The notes under the pieces were generated by a model. It saw only the letters and a list, made by a program, of their open reading frames with translations, ran no database searches and was not told the origin of the DNA. From the NCBI GenBank assembly GCA_951406725.2, contig OX597821.1:90706001-90770000 (forward strand): a stretch of DNA of 64,000 bases. The letters are read 5' to 3'. The position numbers were made by a program, and so were the translations under genes. Positions 12,496 through 26,277 of the stretch are shown here, in pieces (position 1 is the first letter of the stretch; every line of letters begins with the position of its first letter). This DNA comes from Octopus vulgaris (taxonomy: Eukaryota).

Positions 12496-12755
12496 GTGGA
12501 AGCATGTGGCTTAGTGGTTAGGGTGTCAGCATCATAATCGTAAGATTGTGGTTTCGATTCCTAGACCGGGCAACATGTTGTGTTCTTTAGCAAAACATTT
12601 CATTTCACGTTGCTCCAGTCCACTCAGCTGGCAAAAAGGAGTAACGCTGCGATGGACTCACGTCCCATCCAGCTGGTGAATATATACATCATAGAAACTG
12701 GGAAACAGGCCCATGAGCCTGGCTAGGCTTTAAAAAGGGCACATTTATTTTTATT
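12496..12755 (+). mobile_element. SINE, head C (CORE-like) + tail T2
   Basis: tRNA head, gtgttctttagcaaaacattt, tail gctgcgatggact..cgtcccatccag...gaaactgggaaacaggcccatgagcc. Confidence 0.85.
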
Positions 12756-12982
12756 TCATCATCATCATCGTTTAGCATCCGCTTTCCATGCTAGCATGGG
12801 TTGGACGGTCCAACTGGGGTCTGGGAAGCCAGAAGGCTGCACCAGGCCCAGTCTGATCTATCAGTGTTTCTACGGCTGGATGCCCCTCCTAACGCCAACC
12901 ACTCCGTGAGTGTAGTGGGGCTGCTTTTTACGTGCCACTGGCACAGGTGCCAGACGAGGCTGGCAAATGGCCATGATCGGAG
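12756..12982 (-). mobile_element. (GAT)n-tailed retroposon 3' end, same family as 24370-24917
   Basis: Reverse complement aligns with ~24690-24917. Confidence 0.85.
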
Positions 12983-13349
12983 CCTACAAAACTTTAAGCT
13001 GCATACAGGCTTCTTCCTGTTTCTGACAAAAAAATTCATGGAAAAGGCTTTGGTTAGCCGAGTTTAAGTAGAAGTTACTTTCCCTGGGTACCACCTAGTG
13101 GAAGTGAACCCACTGTACAGAAAGCATGGATTCAATCAATCAATTGCTGTATGCTATTGATTGCCATTTGTGTCTGCAGCAATGCATAGTTTTAAAATAC
13201 ATATTTATAATTTGTTTACCACATATTTGACAAGGAATCTAAGCCATGAGTACTTAGACACTCATTATAGGGAAGATAATGTTTTGTCTGTGAAATTGCT
13301 AAATTAGATTTGTCTTCAGTGCCAGCCTATTATTCAAAATGCCTCCTTT

Positions 13350-13554
13350 TTTACTTAATATTGATGTGTGTCTAGGTGTTTATATATAAGCATGTGAAGT
13401 GTACATGTTGTTTGTGTATACATGGGTGTATGTGTACTTGCTCTTTTGTACGCATGTATGTGTGTGTGTGTATGCTTATGTGCATGTGTGAAAGAATATG
13501 TGTGTTTGTTTATATATTTGTATCTGTGTATTTGTATATGATTAATGACATTCC

Positions 13555-13591
<37 letters not shown>

Positions 13592-13855
13592 ATTTGTTTG
13601 TGTATGTTTGTGCATATGTATGCATGCACCTGTGTAAATGTATATTGCATTTATGCTCGTGTGTGTATATGTGTGTAGGTGCATGTGCTGGTGTATATGT
13701 AAGTGTAGTTGTGTTTTTCTTTGTACACGTATATGTGTGTGTTTATGTATGTGTGTATGCATGTTTGGCATATGTGTGTATGTATTTGTGTATGTATGTA
13801 TGTATGTATGTATGTATATATGTATATGTGTATATATGCATGTGTGTATATATGG
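13350..13855. repeat. Degenerate (TG)/(TA) microsatellite field
   Basis: Direct reading. Confidence 0.85.
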
Positions 13856-13994
13856 AGCAGCTAACATGCATGTATTTCTTGTTCTTGAAAATAAATTCCA
13901 TTTCTCTTATTTGTGCGTCACTTTCTCAAATCTTTTTCTCTTCAGAAACGACAACTACAACAGCAACAACAGAAAACAAAACAAGAAAAGCAAC

Positions 13995-14153
13995 AACTAC
14001 CACAACCACCACCACCACCGCCACAACTACCACTACCTACACCCACCACCACCACCACCACCACCACCACCACTACCACCACCACCACCACTACCACCAC
14101 CACCACTACCACCACCACCACCACTACCACCACTACCACCGCCACCACTACAG

Positions 14154-14184
<31 letters not shown>

Positions 14185-14187
14185 TAG

Positions 14188-14233
<46 letters not shown>

Positions 14234-14275
14234 GCCTCTGCTGCTGGTGCTGCTGCTGCTGCCCCTGCTGCTACT
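13995..14275. repeat. (CAC)n, then (TAC)n, then (CTG)n trinucleotide tracts
   Basis: Direct reading. Confidence 0.95.
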
Positions 14276-14492
14276 GTTATAATTATGATTAAATCAAACT
14301 GCACGGCCATAGTAGCATGTAGTTATTAAAGACCATAAAAGTGTCATTACTGTCAAAACCACACCGTTTTCAGGTGTTCCTAATTTGCTGCTAAAACATA
14401 ATTCTCTGCCAAGACAACAACACAGACACTTCAATAAATAACTATAAACTAACTTCATTAGAACCACTTCAGTTAATAGGTGCATAGAGGCA

Positions 14493-16385
14493 GTGGTGGT
14501 GGTGGTGGTGATGGTGGTGGTGGTGGTGGTGGTGGTGGTGGTGGTGGTGGTGGTGGTGGTGGTGTCGGTGGTGGTGGTGGTGGTGGTGGTGGTGAAGTGG
14601 TGATGGTGGTGGTGGTGGTGGTGGTGATGGTGGTGGTGGTGGTGATGGTGGTGGTGGTGGTGATGGTGGTGGTGGTGATGGTGGTGGTGGTGGTGTCGGT
14701 GGTGGTGGTGGTAGTGAAGTGGTGATGGTGGTGGTGGTGATGGTGGTGGTGATGGTGGTGATGGTGGTGGTGGTGGTGGTGGTGGTGATGGTGGTGGTGG
14801 TGGTGGTGATGGTGGTGGTGGTGGTGTCGGTGGTGGTGGTGGTGGTGGTGAAGTGGTGATGGTGGTGGTGGTGGTGGTGGTGTCGGTGGTGGTGGTGGTG
14901 AAGTGGTAGTAGTGGTGGTGATGGTGGTGGTGATGGTGGTGGTGGTGGTATATGTAGTAGTGGTGTTAGCAATGGTTCTATATCAGTGATGGAGGTGGTG
15001 GTGCTGGTGATTCTAAATAGTACTGACGGTGGCGTTGATGGCAGTGGTGGAAATGTGATGCGGTTGGTCATGGGGGTGGTAGTACACATGGTAATGATTG
15101 ATGTGTTTCATGTCAGTGATGTGAAGGTGGTAGTAGTCACGTTAATGGTAGTTGTGACGTTTGCTTTGGATGTAGTGCAGGTGGTGGTTGCAGCGTTTTG
15201 GTGGTTGTTGTGGTTGTGGTATTGGTGGTGATTGTGATGATTGGTACTGGTGGTGGCTGTGGTGTTGGTGGTGGTTGTAGTGTTGATGGTGGTTGTACTG
15301 TTGGTGGTGGTTGTTGTGTTGGTGGTGGTTGTTGTGGTTGTGGTGTTGGTGGTGGTTGTAGCGTTGGTGGTGGTTGTAGTCCTGATGGTGTTTGTGTTGT
15401 TTGTGGTGGTTGTGGTGTTGGGGGTGGTTGTGGTGGTTGTGGTGTGGTGGTGTAGTGTTGATGGTGGTTGTGGTGTTGGTGGTGGTTATTGTGGTTGTGG
15501 TGTTGGTGGTGGTTGTAGCGTTGGTGGTGGTTGTGGTGTTGGTGGTGGTTGTAGTGTTGATGGTGGTTGTGGTGTTGGTGGTGGTTATTGTGGTTGTGGT
15601 GTTGGTGGTGGTTGTAGCGTTGGTGGTGGTTGTAGTGTTGGTGGTGGTTGTAGTGTTGGTGGTGGTTGTAGTCCTGATGGTGGTTGTGTTGTTTGTGGTA
15701 GTTGTGGTGTTGGTGGTGGTTGTTGTGGTTGTGGTGTTGGTGGTGGTTGTTGTGGTTGTGGTGTTGGTGGTGGTTGTTGTGGTTGTGGTGTTGGTGGTGG
15801 TTGTAGTGCTTGATGTTGGTGGTAGCTGTGATACCTACAGTGGTTGTATTGTTGGTGGTGGCTGTGGTGTTGGTGGTGTATATGGTGGTTGTAGTGTTGG
15901 TGGTTGTAGTAGTGTTGGTCGTGGTTGTAGTGTTTGTTTGTGGTGGTTGTAGTGTTTTTTGAGGTTTTGGTGCTTGGTGCTGGTTGATGGCTGTCATACT
16001 TGCAGTGGTTGTAGTGTTGATGGTGGTTGTAGTGTTGGTGGTGGTTGTGACATTAGTGATGGTTGTGGTTTTGGTAGGGATAATAGTACAGGTGCTGGTT
16101 GTGGTTTTGGTAGTAGCTGTGATGCTTGTAGTATTAGTGGTGGTTGTAGTGTTGCTGTTAGTCGTGGTGATTTGGTGGTGGTTGTGATGTTGGTGGCAGT
16201 TCTGCTGTTGGTGATGATGGATGCTGCATCACTGGTGTTGTTGTTGGTGGTGGTGGTGGTGATTTAATGGTAGTTGTGAGGCTGTTGGTAGTTTTGGCAT
16301 TAGTAATGGTTGTGGTGTTAGCAATGATGGATGCTGCAGTGTTTATCTTGTGGTGTTGGGGTTAGTGATGATGGTGGTGGTTGTG
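14493..16385. repeat. (GGT)n tract grading into an 18-nt minisatellite TGT(G/A)GTGTTGGTGGTGGT
   Basis: (GGT)n 14493-14950; 18-nt units with higher-order duplications ~15250-15920; decayed to ~16385. Confidence 0.9.
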
Positions 16386-16610
16386 GCAAGACATTTTAAA
16401 ATTCTTTCTCACTCAGGCATAGGAGTGGCTGTGTGGTAAGTAGCTTGCTTACGAACCACCTGGTTCTGGATTCAGTCCCACTGCATGGCACCTTGGGCAA
16501 GTGTCTTCTACTATAGCCTCGGGCCGACCAAAGCCTTGTGAGTGGATTTGGTAGACGGAAACTGAAAGAAGCCTGTCGTATATATGTTTGTATATATATG
16601 TATATATGTT

Positions 16611-16700
<90 letters not shown>

Positions 16701-16912
16701 ACGGGAAGATTTACGAAAATAAACAAAAGATGAAGGCAGGTGGAGTACAAACAAACAAGTGTATTAGTATGGCGCTCAGGAATAGAAAGAGAACAAGTCT
16801 TTTACGTTTCGAGCCTACACTCTTCGACAGAAAGATACACAGAAAAAAACAAGGAGAGAAACAAGGAGAGAAAAAAATGCTTGTAGGAGCTAACGATCTA
16901 TCATGGCATCCT
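16701..16912 (-). mobile_element. Hammerhead-bearing cassette family H1 (Penelope pLTR/retrozyme-like)
   Basis: (TA)n on both sides; second copy at 36068-36250. Confidence 0.75.
16798..16835 (-). ncRNA. Minimal type I hammerhead-like motif, A6U core variant
   Basis: UCUUU-CUGUCGA-A-GAGU(GUAG)GCUC-GAAA-CG-UA-AAAGA: 5 bp stem I, 4 bp stem II, ACGU palindromic stem III. Confidence 0.65.
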
Positions 16913-18143
16913 GATATATATATATATGTATATATATATATATGTATGTGTGTGTGTATATGTTTGTGTGTCTCTGTGTTTGTCCCCTCAACATCGCTTG
17001 ACAACCGATGCTGGTGTGTTTACGTCCACGTAACTTAGCAGTTCAGCAAAAGGGACTGATAGAATAAGTACTAGGATTACAAAGAATAAGTCCTGGGGTC
17101 GATTTGCTCGACTAAAGGCTGTGCTCCAGCATGGCCACAGTGAAATGACTGAAACAAGTAAAAGAGTAAAAGAGTTCCATGTTGGCTGTGTTCAAACAGA
17201 CTTATGAACCAAGGCAATCTGGACACGACCAACTCATCTTTCACCAGGAATAGTTAACCTAAGACAACATTAGGAGAAGTATGATTCATTTTTCCTAAAG
17301 ATCTTAGGGGGATTTGGTTGCTATTTCTAAAAGGTCAGACAACCCCCAAAATGCTCATTTGCTGGTTTTTATTGTGGTGATGCGAGCGAACAAGGGTTGA
17401 CTGATGTGATTGAAATTGTGGAGGTAGCCTTGCTGGAGAGGAGGGAGGTCGTCATGGTTGTCATGGTAGTGGTGGTACGGTGATCATGATAAGGTGTTCA
17501 CGATAGTTGTAGCAATAAGATGGTGATGCTAGGATGATGAGGATGATGGTGGTGGTGGTGTTTTTTTGGTACTTTTGGTATCTTTGATTCTTAAGAAGAT
17601 ATTGTCTATGCAGTACAAGAAAGGTTACCAGATGGTAGTGTTGTTGTTGTTTTGCAAGTTCACTGTAGTGGTGGTCATGGTGGATATAGTTGAAATACTT
17701 GGACTGCACATTTTGGGTTTCACATATTATTTTTCAATTTCTCAAAAACTTTTCCCTTTTTTTTTCTTTACTTTGTTTTGCTTCTTTTACCTTTAATTTC
17801 GAAAACATTTTCCTTTCCATAAGTATAGAAATATATATATACACACATATACATGCAGACACACGCACACATACACAGATGTGCACATTCACACACACAC
17901 ACACACGTGTGTGTGTGTGAGTGTGTGTTTGTATATAAGCAGTATTTAAGAACATATTTTGAAAAACATGAGGGAATAATCAAGAATATATATAAAAGTA
18001 TATTACTGTATATACATATGTGTGTGTGTAAATATATATATATGTGTGTGTATGTATATATGTATAAATATATGATTATATATATATATATATGTATATG
18101 TATGTATATATATGTATATATATATATGTATATACCTATATAT

Positions 18144-18177
<34 letters not shown>

Positions 18178-19132
18178 ATATATAGGTATATATATACATA
18201 TATATATATATATCATCATCATCATATGCCTACACACATGTACACACACACACACACACACTCACACACAGGAACAAATGAAGAAAGAAACAAATTTTAA
18301 GAAACAAACGACATCTAAAATATTCCTGAAAAGGGATGAAATAAAAGAAAAGAAACAAAAATATTCCAAAGTATATTTCTGTATCACAGAGGTGAACTTT
18401 ATAAACAGTCTTTTGGCTACCAGTATAAAAAACAAAATACACGATTCTTGGCACTGGTTACGACTAGTAAGGAAGAAAGTGAAGAAATATTTTTGTTTTC
18501 TCTATGATAAAATGATCAAAGCAATCAAAGATTTCGGAAATTTTCTCACAGACTACTCAAGTTTTATACATCTGTGTGTGTATGTGTGGATATGTTTGTG
18601 CATGTTTGTGTGTGTGTGTGTGTATGTGTAGATGTATACATACTTATACATATATGTGTATGTGTATGTCTATGTATGTGTGCTTGTATGTATATATAAG
18701 ATTGTGGATGAAATACTTATAATTTAAAAATCATGAAGCAATAGTTAAGTAGACGTACATGATTACCCTGTTGACGTTGTTTAAAATTCCAATGAAAGAG
18801 CCTTGTTTCCAGACCATAAAATGCCTCTTTCCTCCATTACTGAGCAATTTGAAAAATATTGCCCAAAGTGCATGAGCACACACACACACACACACACACA
18901 CCATTATCATCACTTTCTATCCAATGAATTGTTCGGACAGTCTAAGATCTCATAGTTTTAGATCTGCATGTGCAGCAATGTCTTAGAATCAATATAGGTT
19001 CTATTGCTGGATGGCCCTTCTTAATGGCTAGCACTTTACAGAAAGTGCCCGGTGTAGTTTTCCATAGAATGAGCATTTTAGAGATTTCCTTACCCATGTC
19101 AAGACTGAAGAATCATCACATCATGTCCTTGT

Positions 19133-19426
19133 GGAGGCACATGGCCTAGTGGTTAGAGCAGCGTACTCACAGTCGAAGGATCACGGGTTCAAATCTCAGA
19201 CTGCGAGATGTGTGTGTTTATGAGTGAAACACCTAAGCTCCATGCGGCTCTGGCAGAAAGTAATGGCGAACTTCTGCTGACACTTTTGCCACAACTTTCT
19301 CTCACACTTTCCTCCGGCATACTGTAGCTCATCTGCGACGGACTGGCGTCCCCTCCAGGTGGGGAACCTATACGCCAAGGAAACCAGGAAACCGGCCCTT
19401 ATGAGTCAGGCATGGCTCGAGAAGGA
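19133..19426 (+). mobile_element. SINE, head B + tail T2
   Basis: 15 bp TSD acatcatgtccttgt (19118-19132, 19427-19441); head like 7848, tail like 12645-12730. Confidence 0.9.
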
Positions 19427-19619
19427 ACATCATGTCCTTGTTTCTTGTTCATTCAGGAACCACTTTACAGGTACCATAAGTTACTTTTCTCATTGCACCT
19501 CTACTAACTAGTGAGAGTAAATAGCCCCAACAGGTGAAAAGACAATTGGGGAGATAGTGTGGATGGAGAGATGGTGTGTAGGAGTTCATGGATGGTGATG
19601 TTACCAGGCAGTTCATCAT

Positions 19620-20960
19620 TCCATTTGTTCAGTCCTTTCGTCTCACGAGCCCCGCAGCATTGATAATGATATGCTTTGCCAACATCTAGTTATTTCTATC
19701 ACTAAATCTTTGTACTTTCATGATATTTGCCTATCTCTAAATCTTTGTACTTACATGATATTTGCCTAACTTTTGTAGATGTTTCGTTTTTGTATTTGGT
19801 TTGCAAGATTCTTTATGGGAATTCGTGTGTTGAAGCATATCTTATTGTGTCTGGAGAGAGTCATTCTCTTTTAGTGTCTTATTAATTTAACACAATCACT
19901 GATCTGTTTTCCACTCCCTTATTTATTTTTACTAAAATGTTCATTGCGTCTTGTAACCTTTTCAATAGTAGGTGATTCTGTCTATTATTGGAACTGTGTT
20001 CTTTTATTTTGTTTGTTTGTGCACATGCATGTGCATCAGTGTGCCTGCGCATTACATACGCATGTATGTGTGTGTATGCATGTTCATTTAGTCTCTCTGC
20101 AATGCTTCTAGATGTCTCACCTATGTATATTATGTTCTAGTCTTTACAAGCACCCTCTATGCACCTTATGCTGAAGACTACATTCCTAGTTCTACAGTTA
20201 ATGCCTGGGTTAATACCACTAGTGCATGTGGTATTCTCAAAGGGGTTCCCCTGGCTTTTCAATGATCTAATGTTGAGTTTAGCCACATTCAGAGCTTTCC
20301 CAAATCTACGGGCTAGTTCTCCATGGGCTGTGGCCTCTAAAAACATCACTCTTTGATATCTGTTGGTCTCGTACCACGTGTTCACCTTGTTTGCTTCGTC
20401 ACAAACTCTTTGTATCCTATTCCAGTATTTGTAGACACGTGTTTCTCTCTAATGGTTTTGCAATCTTTCCATTGTTTTCCTTAAAAATGATGACAGCCAG
20501 TTTGCTGTTATTTTCTGATTTGTATGAATAGGTGTACCTCATACTATGGCGATGTTCTTATTTTCTATGACTGTTTCTTGGATGATGTTCAAACCATTCC
20601 TCAACAGTTTTGCTGTGTATTCTTTACAGACATTCCCATGGATGTATGCTCCTACTTTGTTGTGATGTCGTCTCTGGGCAACCAGAATCAAGGCAGTTAT
20701 AGTTTCTTTGAACTTGCTACATATCATGCACTGCAAGGGTAGGTGCCATTTTTTTTATTATTCTATGTTTGTAGTACTTTGTCTTGTGCAGCAATGACAA
20801 ACCTTCCTGTTTCTGGTTTAAGGACAACTGCTCCGAGCATTTTGCACATCATTCTTTGAGTGGAATTTACAAGTATTTTTTTTCTCCTGTTTGTACTAAT
20901 TTGAATTTATCTTTGAACTTTTGTTGTTTTGAACTGGTACTTTATTTATCAATATGGAAA
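19620..20960 (-). mobile_element. Degraded R4/Dong-clade non-LTR element (post-RT, zinc knuckle, RLE end)
   Basis: CMICSKFKETI...RHHNKVGAYIHGNVCKEY and duplicated KYKDL(E/V)I near 19700-19770; interrupted by other sequence. Confidence 0.65.
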
Positions 20961-21065
20961 GGATAAAAGAAATGCTTAAAGCATAGGAGGTCATTACAAA
21001 AATCCTAAGGCAATCTGCTTGGTACACTAATTACTCCACTGTATATATATATATATATATATATT

Positions 21066-21369
21066 GAGAGACCTCCTTTGGTCATGAATGACCATGGGAT
21101 TACACCTAGAAAGTTACCCTCAGAGGCACAAGTCCAGGCAAGGTTGTTTATGGAAGGCCAGCAGTCGTCCATGCATACCAGTCTCTCCTCTCCACACCAC
21201 TAATGTTATCCATTAGTGACGTCGCAACTCATTACAGCTGAGTTAACTAGAGCAACATGAAATAAGGTGTCTTCCTCAAGAACACAACAGGCAGCCTGGT
21301 TCAGGAATCAAACTCACAACCTCATGATCGTAAGCTCGACACTCTAACCACTGAGCCATGAGCCTTCAC
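21066..21369 (-). mobile_element. SINE, head C (CORE-like) + tail T4
   Basis: Reverse complement: tggctcagtggttagag...gagtttgattcc, gtgttcttgaggaagacacctt, then a tail found only here; TA tracts on both sides. Confidence 0.85.
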
Positions 21370-21374
21370 ATATA

Positions 21375-21477
<103 letters not shown>

Positions 21478-22307
21478 AAGATAACAATAATCCTTGAATG
21501 GAATTTATAAATATTTTAATGCACCGCTATGCATGTTTCCACAAATCGCATGTCTCTTAAAATCATAGTCCGTACTCCAAGGATGATTACAATGTAGTCC
21601 ATAGAATCCATAGGCATTGAGTAGATCATCTTCATGGATACATATCTTCAGGTGATATAGCACCAATGAACTTTAATTGAGGGTTATTTATCCCTTTTTG
21701 ACCTATACACACAAATTCACATACATACACACACACACACATATATATATATAGATACGCACGCACACACACATATATATATATGTGTATGTATCTATGT
21801 ATGTTAAGAGAATAATGTGTAGATTGATTTAACTATCACATCCTTAAACATGTTTCATGTTTTTAGGTGACGAGTAATTATTGTATAAATTCAGTTTTAC
21901 ACAACTTTTACACACAAGATACTTTTTCAAAAGCATTTTAAGAAATGAAGACCTATGGCAGATACTTATAGTTGTTTAAAAGTTATAAAGACAGATGCAG
22001 TAGATAACATGTTGACATCAAGTCTAGTACCAGGTTAGAGGATAATATAAACAGTTGCTATAAAAAATATAGAGAGAGATTAAATTGATTGTCCGGTTAA
22101 TTTATCAAAGTCCTGAGAGCAAAAACAGATGACATAAAACTATCAAAGTTAAAAGCAAAATATAAAATAACAATTTGAACAAAAATAAAAAAAATCAGAT
22201 ACATACACATACTCCTATTCATAAACAGAAAGAAAGCTTGATAGACATACAAAGAAATAAGTCCGTATAAATATGCGTGTGTATATATACATATATGTGT
22301 ATGTATG

Positions 22308-22343
<36 letters not shown>

Positions 22344-22397
22344 TATATGTATATATATATATATATATATATGTATATGTATATATGTATCTATATA

Positions 22398-22430
<33 letters not shown>

Positions 22431-23120
22431 CACACACACATATATATATATATACAAGCATACTTAAATTCATACATACGCACACATTCATTAGAATAAT
22501 ATACAAGTATTCTGTCTACAGAGATACGGATGCATATACATGTAATATCAGAGCAGCTTAAGAATGTCCTCTTAATGGAAATTGACTAAAACAACTTTAG
22601 TTTAGCGATGTAAAGTCCTTGTCCATAGAAATAGCAAATATTGTATAGGATCCACATCAAATAACATAAAAAACAGATTTCCGGTGCACAAACATTCATT
22701 CAATAATTATTAATTGATGCATTCGATTTTCTTTGCTGAACACATTTGATGTTTGAAATCAAGCAGTATTTATTGTAAACCTGAATATTGTATAAGCACT
22801 GTGCTGTGTGTAACAATTAATGGTGCAAATGTCAACTTTGTACAAATTTATCTATTAATATTTTAGTGGCAGATTATAAAGTCCTGCATGCTAGCATCTT
22901 ACTCTGAAATCTGGAACACCTCATGTTTTTGATCATCAACTTACAGAACATTAGTCAACTTCGTGGATTCAGCATTTCTCATTGTTAAGTGTATGTAATG
23001 TTCAGCTTTTTTACAAGTGACCGGATGTTTCCTGCTGTTTCACATTTTTCCATTCTTTCCACATTTGTCTCATAGCATTCAAGACTTTATATACATTGTC
23101 AATCAACATGTCTATCGCCT

Positions 23121-24171
<1,051 letters not shown>

Positions 24172-24369
24172 TATATGCTGATACTGACTCATTCCTGTAT
24201 TCCTTAATACCAAGAATTGTTTAGATTCAAACCAAAGACTCTAATCATTGTTAATGACCAGCTTCAATACTGCAGCAAAGGAAATACTTAAATCTCAAAG
24301 GAGATGGACAAAATGCTGCTAAGCATTTTCCCTGTCAGCTTCCTGTTTTATGTCATTGCTAATAAGAAC

Positions 24370-24917
24370 TGCAGTGATCCCGTGGCCTCTACCTGGGATG
24401 TAGCCAGCCCACTTATGCGTTCCTTTCCTTCTTGGGACACAAAACTCCACTTGTGAAGACCTGTTGAGGCAAGTGAAAATCAAAATCAAAATCGTAATCT
24501 ATCAACATCAGTGGAATTTGTAGCTGTGATACCAGTGCCGGTGGCACGTAAGAGAACCATCTGAACGTGGCCGTAGCCAGCGCCGCCCTCAATGGCGTCC
24601 GTGCCGGTGGCACATAAAAAGCACCATCCGACCGTGGCCGTTGCCAGCTTCGTCTGGTCTCCGTGCCGGTGGTACGTAAAAACCACCATCCGATCGTGGG
24701 CGTTTGCCAGCCTCATCTGGCACTCATGCCGGTGGCACGTAAAATGCACCCACTACACTCACGGAGTGGTTGGCGTTAGGAAGGGCATCAAGCTGTAGAA
24801 ACACTGCCAGATGAGACTGGGCCTGGTGCAGTCTTCTGGCTTCCCAGACCCCAGTTGAACCGTCCAAACCATGCTAGCACTGAAAGCGGACGTTAAACGA
24901 TGATGATGATGATGATG
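24370..24917 (+). mobile_element. (GAT)n-tailed retroposon 3' region with four ~60-67 bp tandem units
   Basis: Units begin gtgccggtggcacgtaa; followed by gagtggttggcgttaggaagggcatc and tail ggacgttaaac(gat)n. Confidence 0.8.
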
Positions 24918-25683
24918 AGTAATATGCAAAAATGAAAGCACAGGGTATAGCTATCAGATATAATTTTACTTAATATATAAGTATTAAATACAAGATTATC
25001 AAATATTTTGTTGCTGATAATCTCCACCTTTTCAGTTGCTGTATTTATCGGCATCAACATTTGTAATAGACAGCAGATTATTTCATCTGCAATCATAATT
25101 AGGTGTCTGATTTATGGATATATTTATTGTACAAGGATTGGTTTCTTTATATTTTAGAAATCTTTCAAGTTTGAACCGTTTTTAGTTCAAACCTGGTATT
25201 ATGTTCACATCAAAAATTGAAAGAATGACTTATGGCACTTGTTGATCAAACCAAACAAAATGTCATGTTAATTCAAAAAAAAAAAAAAAGGAAAGAAAAC
25301 AGAAAACAGAAAAGAAAAAGAAAATTGTTTCATCTCTGAAGATGTATTTAATAGATCTAAAACATTTAATCTTATTGATAACAAACTAATCATATTTAGA
25401 TAACTAAACAAAATACAACTCTAAAACTTTGATATTTCAAACCTGCTCTAACAATATTATAACATTTCTAGTGTGTACACCATCCCCAACAAGCATACAT
25501 CTGTATATTTGGATGTGTGTGTGTGTGTGTCTGTGTTTGTGTGTGTATACACACCTACATACATAAATAAATATATATATGTATAATACATATGTATATA
25601 TAATAATAATAAAGGGTAAAATCATAAATGAGTTTTACCAAGTGGTCAGCACGAAAATAAAAACTCGTAGGTAAACTAGTCTA

Positions 25684-25917
25684 AATATTTTATAATTATA
25701 TACATAATTATAACAAGGGCTTGGCTTGCACCTCGCCACACACTGAAAAATAGATGTCAAAAGACACTATTGCCATCATAAATTCCCTTAGAAAAACACA
25801 CTACACATTCTCGGAGAATTTATGGTGACAATAGTGTCTTTTGACGTGTATTTTTCAGTGAGTGGTGAGGCGTATGCAAAGCCCTTGTTATAATTATGTA
25901 TATAATTATAAAATATT
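25684..25917. repeat. ~100 bp-arm foldback in a TA-flanked cassette
   Basis: Arms 25684-25786 and 25816-25917 are reverse complements with scattered mismatches. Confidence 0.9.
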
Positions 25918-25937
25918 CACATATATATATATAACTA

Positions 25938-26088
25938 GCACTCCATTGGTTAAGACAATGTTGGTTTCAGTTGATCCGATCAATGGAACAGCCTGCTCAT
26001 GAAATTAATGTGCAAGTGGCTGATTACTCCGCAGAGACACATTTACACTTAACATAGTTTTCAGGGAGATTGAGCATGACACAGAATG
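25938..26088 (-). mobile_element. SINE tail T1 fragment
   Basis: Reverse complement of the 8085-8230 type sequence. Confidence 0.8.
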
Positions 26089-26277
26089 TTCAGTTGCTAA
26101 ATATGAACATTGTTTTTGGTCAAACTGAACACCTATATCAACAGAAAATTGAATTAAATCCAGCTGTTTTTCAGCAATACAAATATTTTGAGCAATTGGG
26201 TATGCATACATACATACACATATTCATACGTACATATGTACATACATGCATATGTACATACATATATACATACATAC

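Larger units (their letters stand above)
16414..17174 (+). mobile_element. SINE family A with a nested cassette in its (TA)n
   Basis: Head 16414-16580, TA tract, insertion 16701-16912, TA tract, then body and tail. Confidence 0.95.

Noticed and set aside
21521-21664. Minus-strand CUGAAGA ... GAAACAUGCAU in a TA-flanked cassette
   Set aside because: An internal hairpin exists, but stems I and III and the UH site cannot be assigned cleanly; at best a heavily decayed hammerhead.
24530-24750. CRISPR-like repeat-spacer array
   Set aside because: The spacers are homologous to each other, the context is eukaryotic and there are no cas genes.
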